Origin: Promethearchaeota archaeon
GTDB taxonomy: Archaea; Asgardarchaeota; Lokiarchaeia; Sigyniarchaeales; SOKP01
NCBI GenBank assembly: GCA_019058245.1
Contig: JAHPZJ010000014.1
Coordinates: forward strand, 51,085-115,084
Reading direction: 5' to 3'
Length of the DNA: 64,000 nt
Positions 58,853-64,000 of the stretch are shown piece after piece. Position 1 is the stretch's first letter. Each line of letters begins with the position of its first letter. The notes under the pieces are model-generated. The model was not told the DNA's origin. It saw nothing but the letters and a program-made list of their open reading frames with translations, and did no database searches. Made by a program: the position numbers and the translations under genes.

Positions 58853-59071
58853 TTACCATGCAGAATGATTTAATATAGCATTAGTAGGACAAACGTCTAA
58901 ACATGCTAGACAATCTGTACACTCCCCAATATTATCAGCAATTACCTTTCCGTCTATAAGTGTATATACTTCTACAGGGCATACATTTACACACTCTGCA
59001 GCTCCAATACAAAGATCAAGGTCTATCTCCACCCAATGTTCTTCTTCTTCCCATTTTTTTATATTGACCAT
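58853..59071 (-). CDS. Ferredoxin
   Basis: CIGAAECVNVCP and CTDCLACLDVCP; GGAGG RBS. Confidence 0.88.
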   Translation of the reverse strand: MVNIKKWEEEEHWVEIDLDLCIGAAECVNVCPVEVYTLIDGKVIADNIGECTDCLACLDVCPTNAILNHSAW

Positions 59072-59350
59072 GTGGACCTCCCATTATTTAATAAATTTTA
59101 TTTCTAATATAGATTATGTTAAAAAATAGTTAGTAATAAAATAAAATTAATTGTTATTTTTAATAATTCAATTAGGATTAATAATAATACATTTACTACT
59201 CCTATTTTTTATAGCAGACTGAAGTATAGGTGAAGGTACTATTTTTTAACTAAAAAGGATTTTTTAACAAAATTAAATCTCTAATTTTTTCCTTTACTTT
59301 AGAACTGTTCAAAAATATAGTTTGAGAAATAGTACGTAATGTTTAAAAAA

Positions 59351-60061
59351 TTAAATCAGGTTTATTAATCTCAGATAATTTTCGAATAAAATTCTCCCTA
59401 CTTGTAAATACTCTTCTTGAATCTGCATATAATCCTTAAAAATCTGGTTAGAATCAGAATTTTTCAATTCTGGGGCCTTAATAATCCAGTCGTTTAATAA
59501 TTCTTCTGTCACTTCAAAATGAAATTGAACACCATAATTATATTGCCCAACTTTAACTATCTGGTTTTTACAAGTCTGTCCGATTCCTAAAAGGGCAATT
59601 TCTTTTATTAAATCTACTGTCTCACCATGTAATTGAAATACAATAAATGTATCATGCACATTTTTAAAAAGAGGATCTTGCTTCCCGAGTTCCGTTAACT
59701 CAACTGTATGCCATTTGTTATTATGTTTGAATCCTAATTCTTGGATTGGATTTTCATATACGGTTCCACCCATCACTTTTACTAAAAGTTGCATTCCCAG
59801 ACAGATACCAAATATAGGCGTGTTTCTTTTAAAAGCCTCTGATATGAACTGTTGTTCTTTTAGAATCTTATTCGTGTTGTCATTGGCACTATCAGGACCA
59901 CCCAAAATAATTATCAGCTTGAAGGTACTGATTTGGGGAAATCTAACTCCGTGTGACAGATCAATGATTTCATAATTTATACCATTTTCGTGGAATATAT
60001 CGAGAATTAACCCACCATTTTCATGTTCTATATTTTTTACAATGAGAGCCGTATCATTCAT
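59351..60061 (-). CDS. Class I glutamine amidotransferase (GuaA-like)
   Basis: ILGGP, FGICLGMQLL, QLHGET, GVQFHFE. Confidence 0.88.
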   Translation of the reverse strand: MNDTALIVKNIEHENGGLILDIFHENGINYEIIDLSHGVRFPQISTFKLIIILGGPDSANDNTNKILKEQQFISEAFKRNTPIFGICLGMQLLVKVMGGTVYENPIQELGFKHNNKWHTVELTELGKQDPLFKNVHDTFIVFQLHGETVDLIKEIALLGIGQTCKNQIVKVGQYNYGVQFHFEVTEELLNDWIIKAPELKNSDSNQIFKDYMQIQEEYLQVGRILFENYLRLINLI

Positions 60062-60637
60062 AATTGAATTGCACTACTTTTTTATTCATTATCTAAAAGA
60101 AAAATCGATTTGTTAGGACACCCAATATGCAAACCTTCTTTGTTAGACAGATTATTATTAATAAAACAGTAAAATATAAAAAATTATTTGGAATTTCCAA
60201 TTATTAACCTACTAGGTTATTGATATTATGGATTTTGATCGATATTTCATGATTCATAAGTCCCTCTTAAAGAGCCTCTATTTATTCTTGACACCTTAGT
60301 ATTATTGAGGAAATCCCCCAATAACGATATCCGGCTTTAAATCAATAATATTTGTGAAAAATAGATTTTGAATAGTATAGGATTCAAATCCAATACCAAT
60401 TTCAGTTTTTTGATTCTTCAATTTTTTCACCTAACAATAAAATTTTTTAGTAGAAACTTAATCTATGATATTTTAAAATGGAATAATAAGAATTTTATCA
60501 TGAAAGTTAAGCAATATTTATTCAAGGTTAGGTACTCTAAAGTATTCAACATATATCATAAGCTTATCAGAAAACTTTATAAGGCTTTAATAACAAATCT
60601 TTCCAATATTGTAAAAATATTGGATTAGATCTAAATT

Positions 60638-61489
60638 ATGAAATTATACAATCGAATTGGGCTAAATTCATTGTTAGTATCGTTATTTCCAATTGTATTG
60701 ATCTTTCTTTCAATTGATGTATTTGAATTCAATAATTATATTTTCCTGCTAATTTTCTTAGTTTTAACATTTTTTACAGGCTTAATCAGCACTATTAATC
60801 TTAACGAAAGAACAAAAGGATTCCGAGTGGGATGCTTTGGTGCCGCAGATTCCCTATTTTTATTATCTACAGCTAATTATATTCTCTTTTCTTCGCTTAA
60901 TATTGAGATTTCATTTATCTCTCAAATTTCGTATAGTGGAGTTGTACTTTTTGGAATATTTTTGAGTTATGGATATATCGCGGAGAGTGAAGAAAAAGGA
61001 TTAACACCTTTTAAGAGGGCTGCATATATTCCATTTCTTCCAATAGTTATTTTTTTTATAGTGTCTATTAGTATGGGTCTTAGCTTTTTTTTTACATATT
61101 TGATCATTATCGCTATTTCTTTTAGTTATAGTATAATATCCGGATTTGGAGGCCTCTTTGGCACCTTTATAAAGACAACAAAGTCATATAAACCTAAAGT
61201 AATAGATGAACCAATTGCAATTACCACTCCAGCTATCCATGTAAAATGTCCTGTATGTAATATAGATATGGATCCCTTAGTAACAGGGATTTTTCAATGT
61301 CCTAGCTGTAAAAAAATTTTCAACCAAAAAGAAAAAAAAAACGAGAATGGACTTCCTCGCCTTAACACCCTTGAAGAACAAATTTCAAATCCATCTTCAA
61401 GTTCAACTCAATTTAAAAAATGTCCTCATTGTGGTTATCGAAGTTATAAATCTGATGTATGCCCTCAATGTAAAAAACCTCTCAATTGA
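60638..61489 (+). CDS. Polytopic membrane protein with two C-terminal zinc ribbons
   Basis: Hydrophobic N-terminal half; CPVC..CPSC and CPHC..CPQC. Confidence 0.6.
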   Translation: MKLYNRIGLNSLLVSLFPIVLIFLSIDVFEFNNYIFLLIFLVLTFFTGLISTINLNERTKGFRVGCFGAADSLFLLSTANYILFSSLNIEISFISQISYSGVVLFGIFLSYGYIAESEEKGLTPFKRAAYIPFLPIVIFFIVSISMGLSFFFTYLIIIAISFSYSIISGFGGLFGTFIKTTKSYKPKVIDEPIAITTPAIHVKCPVCNIDMDPLVTGIFQCPSCKKIFNQKEKKNENGLPRLNTLEEQISNPSSSSTQFKKCPHCGYRSYKSDVCPQCKKPLN

Positions 61490-62086
61490 AAATGTAGATT
61501 TTAACACTCACGACAGAATAATTCTAAAATAATCGTTCTATTTTTCACACTCTTACCAGTAAAACTAAAAAAATTAAAAAAAGGAGATTTGTTCGTTTAT
61601 TATATGGTAATCTATTTTGCGTCTCTATTTCATATCTATCAACCGCCTGTGCAAATTCCCTCCTATTCAGTTTAATAGTATTTAAAGTTTTACAAACATA
61701 TTCTTTTCATTCTTTTCTTATAGATATTTTTTGAAATTATTATTGCTCTTGAAATTTAAATCCTTTACAATTTCTTTTCCATTATCATTTTTTTCAGACT
61801 CCTTTAAGAGAAAGAAATAAATTCCCTTTTTACCAATAATATATAAAAATTTTCGAAAACTTCCTGGCCATGATTTTAAATGAGATGAATCAAATATATT
61901 ATATCTTAAATTTTAAACAAAAAAAAAACCCTAGATTTAGATTTTTAATTTTTTTTTGAAAAAAACACGAGAGTTATCCAAAATTATTTCTTCAAATTAA
62001 TTAACTTTGAAAAAATTTATATGTTCTAAAAATTTCAAATGATTCGACAATAAATTTTAGAGAGCAAAATTTTTGGTGGAATCCAT

Positions 62087-62761
62087 TTGATTAGCGAAGA
62101 AGAGAAAAAGGAAAAATCTTATGGTCTTTACTGCTTATGTATTGGTGGAATAGTATGTAGCATTTTTTGTTTCACCCTCGCAATTATTGCAAAACTAGGT
62201 TTTACTATTGTTATATCCGCTGCTATCGTAGGATTAATTTGTGGACCTATTGTTACTTATCTCTTAATGTTGATAGGTGTTTATATAGCAGCTTTTTTTT
62301 TGATGGTTGGAAAGATAACGATATATATATCCCGATATATTGAAATAATTTTTTATTTATACACCGGTACTAGTGCGATTTTTTTCATAGCGATTGGAGA
62401 TGTATTTTATCCAGAAACTTTTGGACTCTGGGAAGTACTAATAGTAGTTATAAGCTATTCTGTTAATGTTTGGTTTTCTAGTCCTATTCGCGGGATAGAA
62501 ATCATTATGGGAGTATATATTATAGTTTCAGTAATTTTCTTTTATATTTGTGACGAAAATGATACAATATTTATAATTTTAGAAATTTTTGTAGCAGCAA
62601 TACCTATCTTCCTTCTATTGTTTTCACTTTTAAGTTTAAATTGTTTATATTGGGTAATAATATGCATTATCTTAATCACACTAAAACATGTACGAATACT
62701 ATACTTTAGTAAGAAAGAAGAACAAAATATAGAAAAGATAATTAATAACTCCACGATATAG
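62087..62761 (+). CDS. Hypothetical polytopic membrane protein
   Basis: 224-aa highly hydrophobic ORF. Confidence 0.5.
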   Translation: MISEEEKKEKSYGLYCLCIGGIVCSIFCFTLAIIAKLGFTIVISAAIVGLICGPIVTYLLMLIGVYIAAFFLMVGKITIYISRYIEIIFYLYTGTSAIFFIAIGDVFYPETFGLWEVLIVVISYSVNVWFSSPIRGIEIIMGVYIIVSVIFFYICDENDTIFIILEIFVAAIPIFLLLFSLLSLNCLYWVIICIILITLKHVRILYFSKKEEQNIEKIINNSTI

Positions 62762-63441
62762 TAAGTTTTCTGTGGAGTATACCCATTTGATTGTAGAAAG
62801 CTTCTCCCATTTCTTCTTATATGAATATAATTTATATTCAAACACTTTCTCTTTTTCCCTAAGATCAAATGGGAAGTTAAATAGTGATAAAATGTATTTA
62901 GGATTTTTTTTATAAATTTAACTTAAATTTATGAGATATTTATAAAACCATATTTTAATATAATTTAAATTATCGTAATTCTTTTTATAAACCATCGCTA
63001 ATTTTTATATCTACCCAAAATTAGGATTGGATACAGGATCTAGTGATAGCGAAATAATCTGATTCCATTTTTTATCCTATTTATTGAAAATAAGAAACAT
63101 TCTAACCAAATAAATTAGAACACCTTAATTTCTAATGGAAAAAGTTCTTGGAATTGTCGAAGATTTATAGTGGGTATTTCCCTAAATAAAATTATGAGAA
63201 TAAGGAAAATAAGAGAAAAATTAACTCCCCTAAGATAGAACAATGCATTTTTAATGTATTGATTCCTATTTTACACAAACCTCAAAAACCTAGCTTGCTA
63301 ACAGAATTAGAAAGGAGAGAGATATGTTCTATTTTCTAGATACCAATTCTAAATTCGGTTTAAGACTTTTAGGAATATATTTAAATATACCGTGGAATTA
63401 ATAATGAATAGTAAATTCAAATAAAATGGTTTTTGTTTTAT

Positions 63442-64000
63442 ATGCCAAAATATGAAGATATAAAACATAAAGAAACAAACTTATTCACAAATGTTCAAAT
63501 TTCACAATTTGAAAAAAAAATACTTCAAGAATTAGAAGCTTTATTAAAAAAAGAATTTCGTTTAATTGATCATAGTAAAATTAGTGCTTCTAAGAAGATT
63601 CCGACAATTTCTGTTGGAGAAAATAAAATTATCGGAATTGGTTTGAATAGGATTAAATTAAAAACATTTCCAGAACCAATTTGTAGTCTCCCTTTTCTTC
63701 AAAGTTTACACTTAATTAATAATAAATTAAAAACAATCCCACTATCAATAGGAAATATTAGGACTCTCAAAGATCTAACAATCAATTCAAGTAACGATTT
63801 AAAAACTCTCCCAGAATTCATAGGTAACTTAGAATCACTTGAGATTCTAGATTTAGCAGGAAATAATTTTATAGATCTCCCAGAGTCAATAGGTAGCTTT
63901 AAATCCCTTACATCTTTAGATTTAAGCTCTAATAACCTAAAAACTCTCCCAGAATCCATAGGCAACTTAGAAACCCTTACATCTCTAGATTTAAGCTATA
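63442..64000 (+). CDS. Leucine-rich repeat protein, truncated by window end; not in ORF track
   Basis: ATG 63442, open to the end; repeats LKTLPESIGNLETLTSLDLS. Confidence 0.88.
   Translation, partial: MPKYEDIKHKETNLFTNVQISQFEKKILQELEALLKKEFRLIDHSKISASKKIPTISVGENKIIGIGLNRIKLKTFPEPICSLPFLQSLHLINNKLKTIPLSIGNIRTLKDLTINSSNDLKTLPEFIGNLESLEILDLAGNNFIDLPESIGSFKSLTSLDLSSNNLKTLPESIGNLETLTSLDLSY

Noticed and set aside
1001-61532. Remaining short ORFs overlapping confidently called genes (e.g. 1001-1423, 19006-19314, 20719-21033, 25781-26893, 60368-60628)
   Set aside because: Antisense or out-of-frame shadows, or low-complexity AT-rich frames without motifs
63699-63965. Repetitive 88-aa minus-strand ORF
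   Set aside because: Antisense shadow of the plus-strand LRR gene
1-64000. CRISPR array or rRNA genes
   Set aside because: No regularly spaced direct repeats or rRNA-like GC-rich tracts seen

Overview
AT-rich archaeal chromosomal window, almost certainly an Asgard (Lokiarchaeia-like) genome. The assignment rests on archaeal r-proteins plus Vps28-, roadblock-, longin/uDENN-, Rab-like GTPase-, OSTC- and Yip1-like genes and a selenocysteine pathway. Core content: most of the S10/spc r-protein cluster (uS19 to uL15), uL11-uL1-uL10-P1, secY-EMC3/TMCO1, eL34-cmk-eL14, SelB, SepSecS and assorted metabolic genes. Structure missed by the ORF track: (1) three intron-containing tRNA genes, namely a four-intron tRNA-Ile(UAU), a two-intron 9/4 tRNA-Sec directly upstream of SepSecS and a two-intron tRNA-Ser(GGA); (2) a ~4.7 kb integrase-less island inserted in the 3' end of rps4e, with a second copy of the rps4e 3' end in front of rpl5 and a 109-bp inverted repeat around two convergent cargo genes; (3) several conserved genes (uS14, uL15, eL34, a Rab-like GTPase) whose conserved N-termini can only start at ATT/ATA; (4) two candidate GTPase signalling modules, a pair of 7TM-longin fusions divergent from a Rab-like GTPase and an MglA-like GTPase-RHH fusion followed by a uDENN/longin protein. 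All calls were made by eye from sequence motifs; no database searches were run.
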